DNA of 64,000 bases, taken from Chiloscyllium plagiosum. Its lineage: Eukaryota. Position 1 is the first letter of the stretch; every line of letters begins with the position of its first letter. Where the stretch lies: the NCBI RefSeq assembly GCF_004010195.1, contig NC_057718.1, forward strand, positions 98,084,876-98,148,875. The letters run 5' to 3'. The translations under genes and the position numbers were made by a program. Below, piece by piece: positions 1-11,155 of the stretch. The notes under the pieces were generated by a model. The model did no database searches. It saw only the letters and a program-made list of their open reading frames with translations, and had not been told where the DNA came from.

Positions 1-60
1 CGAGGCTGGAATCGAACCTGGGTCCCTGGCGCTGTAAGGCAGCAGTGCTAACCACTGAGC
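1..60 (-). mobile_element. HE1/V-SINE 5' (tRNA-derived) end, cut by window edge
   Basis: Reverse complement of gctcagtggttagcactgctgcc...ggttcgattcc (A/B-box head), shared with other copies in the window. Confidence 0.85.
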
Positions 61-299
61 AACATCTGCCAGGTCAAGTTGTTGGAGTTCACAAGCTTCC
101 TCCTCACTTCTGGTGGTTCTTCCATTGCGGCCTGGGACCTCAGTCCTATATGGATGCTGGTTTGGCCTGCGCTACCTGTGCTGTTGTCTAACAGGTAGAG
201 TTTGGTTTAAGCTGCAGGCAAGCACAAAGCTTGGAGGCTGTGGCTGAATACCTGCTTTCTTCTTAAAAAGATTGAGGAAAGCAGAAGGTTGGCCATCAC

Positions 300-650
300 C
301 ACCAGACCTAGACTGAAAATAAAGGGGATCAGATTTAGGACTGAGTTAAGGAGCAACTTCTTCACGCAAAGGGTTGCATTCCTGAAGAAGGGTTATACCC
401 GAAACGTCGACTTCTCCACCTCCTGAGCTGTGTTCCTCCAGCCTTCTGCTTGTAAGCATTGAAGCAGTTGAGGCTATCTCGTTGAATGTTTTAAAGGTAA
501 AGATAGATTGTTGAAAAGTAAAGTAATTAAGGGTTATGGTTTTTGGGTGGGTAAGTCCACCAAAAGATCAGCCATGATCTTATTGAATGGCGCAATGGGC
601 TTGATGGGCCAGATGGCCTACTCCTGCTCCTAGTTCTTATGTTCCTATCT
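300..650 (+). mobile_element. CR1/HER1-type LINE 3' end interrupted by a PLE fragment (377-453)
   Basis: 'agatttaggactgagttaaggagcaacttcttcacgcaaagggttg' (FRTELRSNFFTQRV motif) and tail 'cctactcctgctcctagttcttatgtt'. Confidence 0.75.
382..408 (+). ncRNA. Minimal type I hammerhead ribozyme motif (PLE family D)
   Basis: CTGAAGA-AGGGT-TAT-ACCC-GAAAC-GTC; core intact, stem II pairs, ACGT palindrome. Confidence 0.7.
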
Positions 651-1732
651 CTAGAAATCCCAAATCCAACGAAACATTCCAACATTCCAAGACCCTTCTT
701 ATTTTGATTGCATTCTGGAATACATACCGCAGTTACCCAAGTCCCATAGCGCCTTTCCAGTCTTCCCTGAAGTGGAAGGGGGAGGCCATGTTCCCAGATC
801 CCTGAGTTGTTTAGAGCATGCCATCCCCTCCTTGTGGATGCAGATCACATGCTTGTCATCAGTGAAGGCCAATCTCCCATTGTTGATAATTCTAACTGAC
901 ATGGCATCTCTACTTGCATTGAAGAAAAGTACACGAATTGCCTTGAACAGGACATCAATTGGTAGCGTGTCTCAAAAACATACCAAGAAATACATTCATT
1001 TCTGCTGTGCTCCAGTAGGGAGCAGCACCTGGACATTGGGCACAATATGAGGTGATTCTGATTCCCCACTCGCTTTGACTGAGGCTGACAACTGGAGACC
1101 TACTCTGTTTTCACTCGCATTTCTTACAGAAATACCTCTTTGCTGAAGTGGTGGTACGTAAGTGGAAGACTGCGCTATCAGTATGGGTGGTAGGTCAAGA
1201 AAGCTTTGTGTGTTTTGAGGACAATTGCTTTTGCCAGCAAAGCTGCTGTTTGATGGTGCCTTGTGAATCATGTTGAGTAAGCCATGATGGAAAGGGTGCT
1301 GCACTAGATCTGCTAAAGTGAGAACTTTATTGGAGATTAATCTTCTAGGACCTGAGGCCTTTGCAAAACATCATGCCAAATGCAGCCAGCTACATCTAGA
1401 TCTTGCTCGTCTTGCCACAGACAATGCACATCATCAGGAAGGGCTCATCATTTGTAATCTCCTCAAATGTTCCAGCTGACATCGGATTTGAGTTCCATTG
1501 CAATTCAGTGTGATGACAAAGGAAGAAAGATAGCTATAATTAGTAATCCAATATCATAATACAGCCTGTACCTGCACTGAATACTGTTACTGAAATGCCA
1601 GAAGTGATTTTGGCTGCTTCCTGGCCTTGTACGAGAGGTGAATTGACAGTATTCACAGTTTTACTTTGAATTTGCTTTGGGGAAAAAAAATCAAAGTGTC
1701 TGTTGAAATTGAGTGACTACTTTCCATTATAA

Positions 1733-2336
1733 CAAGAGCAAACCACTCTGGATGCTGGAGATCTGAAATAAAAGCAGAAAATGCTGGAGAAGCTAAACAG
1801 GTCTGGCAGTATCTATGCAGAGAGAAACAGAGTTCACACTTTGAGTCCAATATGATTTACAAGGATGTTGCCAGAGTTGGAGAATTTGAGCTATAGGGAG
1901 AGGCTGAACAGGCTGGGGCTGTTTTCCCTGGAGTGTCGGAGGCTGAGAGGTGACCTTATAGAGGTTTACAAAATTATGAGGGGCATGGATAGGATAAATA
2001 GACAAAGTCTTTTCCCTGGGGTTGGGGAGTCCAGAACTAGAGGGCATAGGTTTAAGGTGAGAGAGGAAAGATATAAAAGAGACCTAAGGGACAACTTTTT
2101 CACACAGAGGGTGGTACGTGTATGGAATGAGCTGCCAGAGGATGTGGTGGAGGCTAGTAGAATTGCAACATTTAAGAGGCATTTGGATGGGTATATGAAT
2201 AGGAAGGGTTTGGAGGGATATGGGCTGCATGCTGGCAGGTGGTACTAGATTGTGTTGGGATATCTGGTCGGCATGGACGGGTTGGACCGAAGGGTCTGTC
2301 TCCATGCTGTACATCTCTATTACTCTTCTTCAGAAC
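1733..2336 (-). mobile_element. PLE terminal-repeat fragment (family C) split by a CR1 insertion
   Basis: 1733-1855 and 2323-2336 rejoin as the reverse complement of gttctgaagaagag...tcatattggactcaaagtgtgaactc, the hammerhead-bearing repeat also seen at 17718 and 46098. Confidence 0.65.
1855..2322 (+). mobile_element. CR1/HER1 LINE 3' fragment (ORF2 C-terminus and tail)
   Basis: ORF 1865-2248 MLPELENLSYRERLNRLGLFSLECRRLRGDLIEVYKIM...NFFTQRVVRVWNELPE. Confidence 0.92.
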
Positions 2337-2629
2337 TTCCGTTTGGATTGATATTGATGAATAACTGAACAAAAATGGTATTGATGAAATACATAGCCGT
2401 GAGGAAGTTGCTGCTACCTCATGTGATCTGATTGTTATCAGAAAAACTCAGTTAACAAAAAAACTCAGGCAGTGAGGATTGTTGGAAATAAGGCTTGGCG
2501 TAAATTGCTTTTGCAAAGGAGATAAAGATCTACGGAACCCAGCTGCAATCATTCTGTCTTGTTTCTTTTTAACTGGTAATGTAACCAGCTCGCTCGTTTT
2601 GAGTTTCAGTCCATTTGAGGAAGCTGGTG

Positions 2630-2950
2630 CTGTGTTGGTAATCCAGAAGCCTCAGGCTAATGCTTTAGTGACATGGGCTAGAATCTCGCCATGGCTATTT
2701 GTGAAGTTTGAATTCAGTGCAGTAGGGGTAAGGAAAGCTGCAATAGAAAGCAGCAAGTCAGGGGTAATTGTGCTGATTGTTATAAAAAAACCCACCTGAG
2801 TTGCTAATGCTGTTCAGGGAGGGAAATCTGCTGTCCTTACCTGGTCTGGCTAACATGTGACACCCGATCCACAGCAATGTGGTTGACCCTAAATTAAGGA
2901 TGGGCAACAGCTGTTGGCCAAGCTAGTCATGCCCACATCCCGCAAATAGA
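2630..2950 (+). mobile_element. Second SINE family with a 3' tail like that of the LINE at 7900-8830
   Basis: Core 'tcagggagggaaatctgctgtccttacctggtctggctaacatgtgac' recurs at about 46240, 56320 and 61165-61520; tail 'aaggatgggcaacagctgttggcc...gcccacatccc' resembles 8775-8825. Confidence 0.55.
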
Positions 2951-2999
2951 TTTGATAAAAAATTATTGACTTAATTTCTGCTACATAGTGGATAATGTT

Positions 3000-3460
3000 C
3001 CTGCCTCTGAGCACCTGATTCAAGCAAAGCTCAGCACAGGCTGGAAGATCAGCACTTCATTTATCACTTGGGAACTCTGCAACCTTCCAGACTCAATATC
3101 AAGTAGGGCCTGAGCCTCTTTTCCCACGTCCTTACACCAAACCCCACAGCCCTGGCCCTGTCGTCACATGACCTGCTACCACAAACAATCGATTGTCAGC
3201 CATTAGCAGTTATTCTTCTCCCTGGCTGGCTTTCACACATTCCTTGCCTGCCCAGCTGTTTTTCTCTCAGTCCAGGCTCCACCTCCACCTGTTGATTGCC
3301 CTTGCGATCCCCCCTCCCCCACCTCACTCCTTCTCTAGCATACTTACCAATCTATCAGTTCTGAAGATGGGTCACTGAAGAAGGTTCTGAAGAAAGCTTC
3401 CTCTCCGCAGATGCTGCCAGACCTCCTGAACTTTCCCAGGAGTTTCTGATTTTGTTGGTG
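3000..3460 (+). mobile_element. PLE 3' fragment (GIY-YIG C-terminus remnant and family C repeat)
   Basis: 'cagcacttcatttatcacttgggaactctgcaaccttccagactcaatatc' reads QHFIYHLGTLQPSRLNI, matching 40070-40170; followed by 'cagatgctgccagacctcctg'. Confidence 0.65.
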
Positions 3461-3520
3461 TGTGTGAGGTGAAAGGTAATGCAGGCAAGTCTGAAGAAGT
3501 CACATGGATAGTTCTCGTTG

Positions 3521-3548
3521 CTGATGAAGGGCTTTTGCCCGAAACGTC
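3521..3548 (+). ncRNA. Minimal hammerhead motif (PLE family A) at the head of a pLTR fragment running to about 3630
   Basis: CTGATGA-AGGGC-TTTT-GCCC-GAAAC-GTC; core intact. Confidence 0.75.
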
Positions 3549-3973
3549 GATTCTCCTCCTCCTCGAATGCTGCCTGACCTGTTGTGCTTTTCTCGCACCA
3601 CACTCTCGACTCTGGTCTCCAGCATCTGTAATACCCACAAGCCACATGGATAGTCTAATTGGATGACATGGTGTAATCCAGCAATGTTGTTGAAAGTGTC
3701 AAGTTAAATGTTCACCTGATGAGTCAACATTATGTTCAGCATGCCCCGTTCAATGTAGACCAGCAATTAACAGAGTTAATCGAATAATCCACCAAACAGG
3801 TGAAGCCAGCAATGTCATGCCTTGACATCATAGCTTCCTGGTCAAATTACACCTTCAGCATCATGTTTCATTCTGTTATTCCCAAAAATGCATTTAATTG
3901 GTGATGACCAGGGAGGAAGAAACATTGTGATGAAGTACTATTGGTAGAAGCCTGAATATTAAAATCACTGAAT

Positions 3974-4246
3974 GCCTTTATCCCAACAAGTCCACACCGA
4001 GCCTCTGAAGAGTAACCCACCCAAACCTATTCCCCTACCCTGACTTATGCACCTAACATACACATCCCTGAACACTATGGGTAATTTAGCATGGCCAATC
4101 CACCCTAATCTGCACATCTTTGGATTGTGGGAGGAAACCCACGCAGACACAGGGAGAATGTGCAAATACCACACAGACAGTCGCCCGAGTTTGGAATCGA
4201 ACCAGGCTCTCTGAGGCAGCAGTGCTAACCACTGAGCCACTGTGCC
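3974..4246 (-). mobile_element. HE1/V-SINE
   Basis: V-domain 'gagaatgtgcaaa..ccacacagacagtcgcc' and tRNA head, reverse orientation. Confidence 0.9.
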
Positions 4247-5140
4247 AAATATATTAGGATTAACTGTAAAAATGTGACATTGTAGGCGTCTATGAGGTGT
4301 GGTTGGCATCTGCGAATTGACCTTATAGAGGGTTTCAGCCAGGAAACTTTATGAAATAGACGAATCTGAGAAATCCTTGTAAAATAAATTGAGATTATAA
4401 TTCAAGTTAATGCATATTCAGAATGTAAATGGCAGGTGTAGAAAATGATAATTGATGCATCTTTCACAGTCTTAGAGCACTTCCATAAACACATGTCGAC
4501 CGTGGAATATATTGTGGTGTAGTCACTGTTGGAACGCCGGACTATTGACAGGGAATTTGTACACGTTGCTTGAATGAAACGTAGAATAGATATTGGGGAA
4601 TGCAACACATTTGGAATTCCTGGACTCAATTAACAAACAATTGTATGCAGTTCCAATGGGACTTTAGGATCTTTCTGGTCTGATGAACTAAGATGGTTAA
4701 AGTACCCATCCTCATCTTGTTCTGGCAACAGCAGTAAAGTGCTGTTGATCCTTCAGCACTATGTACTGATTACAGATTATTAACCATGTAGCACCAACGT
4801 ATGATTGTGTTAATCTGAAAGGAACATTGAAGTAGCCTGGCAGAATTCAGAAATTCAGAATGCAGCAAACTTACCAGCCGTACTTAATTTTTACATCTTT
4901 GGCAGAACAGTGTTATAATTAAGGTGAGGAATACCAATTCCCTGTAAAGTATAAGACATTGTGACTGTTAGTGATTGTGTTTGACAGAGAATCATTATAG
5001 AGAAATAATTTAGCCGTGGCAAATGAAATATTTGTTTTGCTGTCTTGGTCAACTGCAATTGTAATCCTTTCATTTATACTTTGGGGCTTACATGACAGAT
5101 TATTGTTTATAACCTTTTTTAAATATCCATGGAATTTGCT

Positions 5141-5351
5141 CATTCTATGATTATTCCCAGATTGATGTCTAACTTCCTTACTGGTATGCCTTGTGTTTTG
5201 AAATGTTTTGTGTCATGAGGTATTGTGTTTATCCAAGTTAGGTGTTTTGATACCCTTGGTTTTTGCCATTCTATGATTATTCCCAGATTGATGTCTAACT
5301 TCCTTACTGGTATGCCTTGTGTTTTGAAATGTTTTGTGTCATGAGGTATTG
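5141..5351. repeat. Exact 85-bp direct duplication (5141-5225, 5267-5351) enclosing a segment identical to 6865-6912
   Basis: Direct sequence comparison. Confidence 0.9.
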
Positions 5352-7167
5352 CTCAGATAAGTGGTTTGCTTTCTGTTTTGCACATGTGCCGATATTTTCT
5401 TACATTTCAGTGGACGTGATATTCCAGTCAGTGAAAAAACACCACCATCTGCTGTGTACTTTTCCTGGGATTTTACATTGGGCTGAGTGACTGAGGCAGG
5501 TGCACTTTAAAATGTGTTTCTTTACTTGAAAACTCATATTGGATTTTGGTGAGAAAATTACTCTGGCCTAAGACTTGTTTCACAAGCTTATAATAGTTAT
5601 TTGAGTTGAAAGGCGATGTCATTTGCTATGTCATTGACACACATTCAGGGCAGAATCTTTGGCCTTGGGTTCCAGTCCTGCTCTTGGGAGGAATTTCAGG
5701 TCCATAGCCTTCACAGCTCAGTGTTGGGACGCAGAGGGAGATTTTTGAGGAGGTGCCCAGTTAATAAGCTGTTGCCCCCCTACCTCCCCCCCCCACCAGG
5801 AGTCTTATCTAAGTAACAGTGGAGGGTGGGCTCCCAAAGCAGGAGACAAGAAGAAGATCATCTGACTCTGATGCTTTGGCAATTCACTACCAGAGATGGG
5901 AGGTGCTGAGGTAGGTAGGCTCAAGAGAGGCCATCGCTGTCTTGCCCCAGAAGACGTTACAGAAATAAAAAGAGTTTACAGACAGCTGCCTGACCATAGC
6001 CCTGGACAATTGCGGCTGCAGGATGTGGGGGAGAGGGATGCATAATGAATGTTACATGACGCGTTCTCCACTGTTCTGTCCCTGGGAGGTCACCTCCATT
6101 CACCTACTCAGGACTAGGCATCAGCCTGGGTCCAACAGCTGACTGGAACATTCCAGTTAGCATCCACCTATTGAATCGCCCATTAGGGGGCTTGGTCGGC
6201 TACATATCACTGCTGACTCCACCACCCCGCCCCATCTACAAATTCGGCTCTTCAAAAATAACAGTGAGGCAGGAATACTAGGGGGAGACTAGTGGCATTT
6301 AAACACTTGGCGCTTGCTGTCAGTCTTTCATGTAGAGTCAAAATGATTGAAGTCACTGTTCCAATGTGTACCTTACAAGAACAAAATTCTGAAATCCATA
6401 TCCTTTGGCTTGCGGGAAGGAGTTCCACTCTATGAATTTGTGGAAGATGGTAGCATCACATTTGTTCTTTTCACAAGTGGTGCTCAGCATTGCTTTGCAA
6501 AATCACCTGAAAAAAAATCTATGAATGTGCAATCTATTGAACTTTGTGCTTGATAACATTTCAGTGCTTGGGTGTTGCAGTCATAATCTGTGACACTATT
6601 GGTTAATGTTTTAATGTGTTTTATGAAATTCTCCAATTGTTTGAACAGGATTAACAATGTTTCTGTGAAAGAGCAATAGGAAGAACACCATTAACATTAG
6701 AAATGTCATCAGCTTGGTTTCCGATTCTGTATCATGTAACAGTCTATTCAATAACCAAAGTAAATCCTTCTGTTATCTATTTAACTGAAGAGCAATTGGC
6801 ATTGTTACCATGTCCTATAATAAATGGGGCTAATGTCTTAACATCCTTTGTAGCTCAGATGTCCATTGTGTTTATCCAAGTTAGGTGTTTTGATACCCTT
6901 GGTTTTTGCCATGCCGTCTTCATTCCGGGGCAGCCGTCTCTCTATGACAGGCCCAGTATCTTTCTCATTTGTTCTTGCTCGCACTGTGGAAACACTAACT
7001 GATTGTAGTTTGCTGTGGCTAATCTGCATACATTTCCAAACCCATGCAAATGTTGTGTGCACTTTGCGGGCAAATGTGATAATGCCTGGCTGTAAATGGA
7101 GCAGAGCCACTTTAGATTGGAGAACGCAATGCAAACTGCATCTGTGCATAAATATACATGGGAACTA

Positions 7168-7485
7168 TATAGAATCCCCACAGTGTGGACATAGGCCCTT
7201 CGGCCCCACAGATCCACATCGACCATCCCACCCAAACCCATTCCTCTACATTTACCCCTGACTAATGTACCTAACCTACACATCCCTGGACACTTTTGGC
7301 AATTTATCATGGCCAATTCACCAAACCTGCATATCTTTGGACTGTGGGAGGAAACCGAAGCATCCGGAGGAAACCCACACAGACACGGGGAGAATGTGCA
7401 AACTCCACACAGACAGTTGCCCAAGGCTAGAATCGAACCTGACGCTGTGAGGCAGCAGTGCTAACCAATGACCCACTGTGTCGCC
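7168..7485 (-). mobile_element. HE1/V-SINE
   Basis: Full head, V-domain and HER1-like tail. Confidence 0.9.
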
Positions 7486-7767
7486 TGTTGATATATTCAT
7501 TGACAGTCAGCATTTCACACTGACATTGAGTACATTGACCAGCAATTTAAGTCAAAAGTATGCTAATACCCATCAACGGGGCGAAAGATGATGGTCATGA
7601 TGCTGTTCCTTTGAGCTACTCATTTAAGAAAGCCCTCTTGGTATGACATGCTATTTCTCTTGCACCATACTCACACACCCAAGTTTAAAATGGCCAAAGT
7701 GGCTCAAGCTATTTCCTCCTCCACCATGCAGTTCCATTGGCTTCATCATGTATGATCCGGGCAACCT

Positions 7768-7900
7768 CATTCCTGATGAAGTGCTTATGCCCAAAACGTC
7801 AACTCACCTGCTCCGAGGATGCTGCCTGACCTGCTGTGCTTTTCCAGGAGCACACACTCGATTCTGATCTCCAGCATCTGTAGTCCTCACTTTCTCCTAA
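7768..7900 (+). mobile_element. PLE family A pLTR fragment with degenerate hammerhead
   Basis: CTGATGA at 7773, GAAA mutated to AAAA; followed by gatgctgcctgacctgctgtgcttttccag. Confidence 0.75.
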
Positions 7901-7976
7901 TATCCAGCCTTGGGCTGAAAGTGGCAGGTAACATTCGCGCCACACAAATGCCAGGCTGTGACCACCAGCAATAAGA

Positions 7977-8129
7977 CCAGGCAAAAGTGAGGACTGCAGA
8001 GAGATCTAAAAGCACAGCAGGTCAGGCAGCATCCGAGGAACCTCCACCCTGGAGGCTTCCTGCCTTTATTCCTGATGAAGGGCTTTTGCCCGAAACGTCG
8101 ATTTTCCTGCTCCTCGGATGCTGTCTGAC
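7977..8129. mobile_element. Fold-back PLE family A mini-insertion with 15-bp TSD
   Basis: ccaccagcaataaga at 7962-7976 and 8130-8144; inverted arms ggtcaggcagcatccgagga / tcctcggatgctgtctgacc. Confidence 0.8.
8072..8099 (+). ncRNA. Minimal hammerhead motif (family A)
   Basis: CTGATGA-AGGGC-TTTT-GCCC-GAAAC-GTC, identical to 3521-3548. Confidence 0.75.
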
Positions 8130-10324
8130 CCACCAGCAATAAGAGACAATTTTAATCACTGCCCCTTGACATTCAATGTGTTGCTATCACAGAATTCTCT
8201 TCAACATCCTCGAGGTCCCCATTGACCAGGTTGGAATTGTCACATAAACACAGTGGCTATAAGAGCAGTTCAAAGGCTAGGTTTGGTGCAGGAAATAACT
8301 CACCTCCAGACTCCCCAAAGCCTGCCCACCATCTCCAAGGCACAACTCAGAAGTGTGATGGAATACTCCCCACTTGCCTGGATGGGTGTGGCTCCAATAA
8401 CACTCAAGGAGCTCAACACAGCAGGACAAAGCAGATCCCATGATTGGCATCACAGTCACAAAAATCCATTCCCTCCACCACTGATGCTAAGTAGCAGCAG
8501 TGTGCCCTCTCTACAAAATGGACTGAAGAAATTCACCAAAGATCCTCAGACAGCACCTTCCAGACCCATGACCACTTCCATCTAGAAGGACAAGGGCTGC
8601 AAATACATTGGAACACCACCCCCTATGAGTTCCCCCGAAGTCACTCACTATCCTTTGCTGTTCCCTCATTGTCGCTGGATCAAATCCTTTGAATTCCCTT
8701 CCTAAGGGTATTGTGGGCCACCCCACCCCACAGCAGATGGACTGCAGCAGTACAAGAAGGCACCTTCTCAAGGTCAACTAGGGGTGGGCAACAAATGCTG
8801 GCCCAGCCAGTGATATCTATACCTCACAAATTAATTACAAAAAGCAAAATATCAATGAAGTAGCTCGTGCTAAATTAAATTGAGCTGATGGAAATGGACC
8901 TTCAATCCACGAAGCTGTCCAAGTGTTTATAATAAAATACGTTTTCAATTGTCTTACATCCTGTCTGTGAAATCTTAGCATTTATATTTCAGAGGCCTCT
9001 ACCTCCCCCTGTGTCTTTCCTTATTACCCAGGTTTCTGAGGCAGGCTGGTGAGTGGATCTCACCGCCAGTGAGGCCAAGATAAGCAGAAATCCTCATAAC
9101 ATTCAAGAAGTATTTAGATATGTAAGGCATACAAGGATATGAGCCAAGTGCTGGAAAATTGAGTCACAATGGTTAGGTGCTTGTTTTTGACTGGCACAGG
9201 CTTGATGAGCCTCAGAGTCTTTTTTATGCTATGACTCTATGGTGCAACATTTGGAAATTTGGCACAAAGATATTTTTGTCCAGGTATTTTGAAAAGGTGC
9301 AGGAAAAGCTTGGATCACCATACCAGCTTCCCTAAGGTTGAAGCAGAGAGATCAAACTGCGCTGTGGTTATTACTTTTAAAGCAATTTTCCATCTCGGAT
9401 TAAGTATGCATGCGATGACACAACATCTCCTTGTGGCTTTGTTCAGGCAAAACAAATTAGAGTGCTGTTTACAAATGAAGGTTGTGTTTAACAAAATTGA
9501 AGTGGTTAATGTTCATTTGCCAGATGCACTTTGCAAAATCACTGTGCCAAGATCTAGAGGGCAGGCCATATGTGAAACTGGCTTTACAATCCTTCCAGCA
9601 CGACATTGTGTGTGAGGCTCACGTTTCTCTGAAGGTGTGCGCTGGAGGAGCACTGAAACTGGAAACCCTCTGGGACATGAGTGTTTTGAGTCAGATAATT
9701 GCATTAGAGCTAACTCAATTCTGCGATCCCTGTTTTGATTACTTCTGGCACGTCTTTGTGTATTACATAGAGAAGTCATTAGGGAAAACACATAAACATG
9801 TACTTAGCATTAAAGCTCAAAGCATAGGCCTACATGTCTGTGTCTTATCTCTCTTCCTTTTATTATAATTTTTGTGTTGTTATTCTATCTGAAATTGCTT
9901 TATATGTCTCTTTATTTTCCAGTATTTTCATGATGTCTCTTCCGTACAATGTTACTGGGTCCTTATCTATATCTCTGCTACTTTGCCAGAAATTATTTCT
10001 GAGTTTGAATGATTTAATTTGCTAGTACTGTTAATGCCGCATGAGAAAGACACTTTGACTAAAAGATGGGTTACTAGTCAGTGTGGTTTGTTCTTTGCGG
10101 AAGCTTCCTTTTAATGCCAGGTCATGTTTGTGTCTGACAATTAAGCAGGTTAATTTCGATATTCATTGACATTTGTCAAAAACCCTTACGAACTGGACTG
10201 AAAGTGGTTTGATTTGCAAATTAAAAGAGCTTGAAATTAAGAACTAGCAATAGGTTCAACTTGATATTTGAACCCCTCTTCATTTCAAAACCACTCTAGT
10301 TTAATAGAACAAAGAACTGTTGAT

Positions 10325-10582
10325 AGAATCATGGAGCGATACAGCTCAGAAACAGACCCTTCAGCCCAACTTGTCCATGTTGTCCAACTTGTCCATCCTA
10401 AATTAATCCAATCCCATTTGCCAGCATTTGGCCCATATCCCTCTAAATCTTTCCTACTTATACCAATCCAGAAGCCTTTTTAAATGTTGTAGTTGTACCA
10501 GCCTCCACCATCTTCCCGGCAGCTCATTCCATACATGCACCACTTTCTGCGTGAAAAAGTTGTACCTCAGGTCCCTTTTAAA
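10325..10582 (-). mobile_element. CR1/HER1 LINE 3' tail
   Basis: Reverse complement of the tail at 2080-2320. Confidence 0.8.
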
Positions 10583-11155
10583 TGCTGGAGGTCTGAAACA
10601 AAAGTGGCTGGAGAAATGCAGCATGTGTGACGAGAAAGCAGAGTTAACAGTGACCCTTTATCAGAACTCCTCATTGACATAGATGCAAATAGTTTGGTCA
10701 CTTGGCTTTCAGAAAACATTGATTCTCAGTTTTTCTGTTTCATGGAATGAAACTCTCTGTCATTCATTCACACGATTTTGCCACCCCGATGTAACTGTAA
10801 AAAATTCATTCTGCATTTTAATACACAATCTGTAGCATCCATAGCATTGGTGGACTACTTACAGAACCTCTATCAAGATGTAGTTTCTGTACATTCTGTC
10901 GGTGCTGAAATTGATTAGTGTTAATAGTGGCACCTCTGCGTTGAGTGGAATATTTGTGGACCTTTAGTTCCCTTCTCACTTGTCATCACCTCCCACATTC
11001 TTTTACCATCCACTGACTAACCTCTTGTGAAAAGGATATTTCCTTAATGATATCTTGCAGACTTCACCTCCAAATTCCTGCCCCAGCTCTTTTTGACCGA
11101 GCCATTAGCATCCCAAAGCTGACCTGTCTCCCATCCTTTGCCTACTCAGTTGAGA

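Larger units (their letters stand above)
7900..8830 (+). mobile_element. LINE (CR1/L2 group) ORF2 C-terminal remnant and 3' tail
   Basis: Frameshifted IQPWAE/KWQVTFAPHKCQA and PQSLPTISKAQLRSVMEYSPLAWMG motifs. Confidence 0.75.

Noticed and set aside
699..1304. Cluster of overlapping ORFs on both strands
   Set aside because: No recognisable protein motif or convincing splice boundaries; could be an unrecognised repeat
5647..6330. GC-richer stretch starting gggcagaatctt, possible MITE or promoter
   Set aside because: A matching terminal inverted repeat is too weak and CpG density is not island-like
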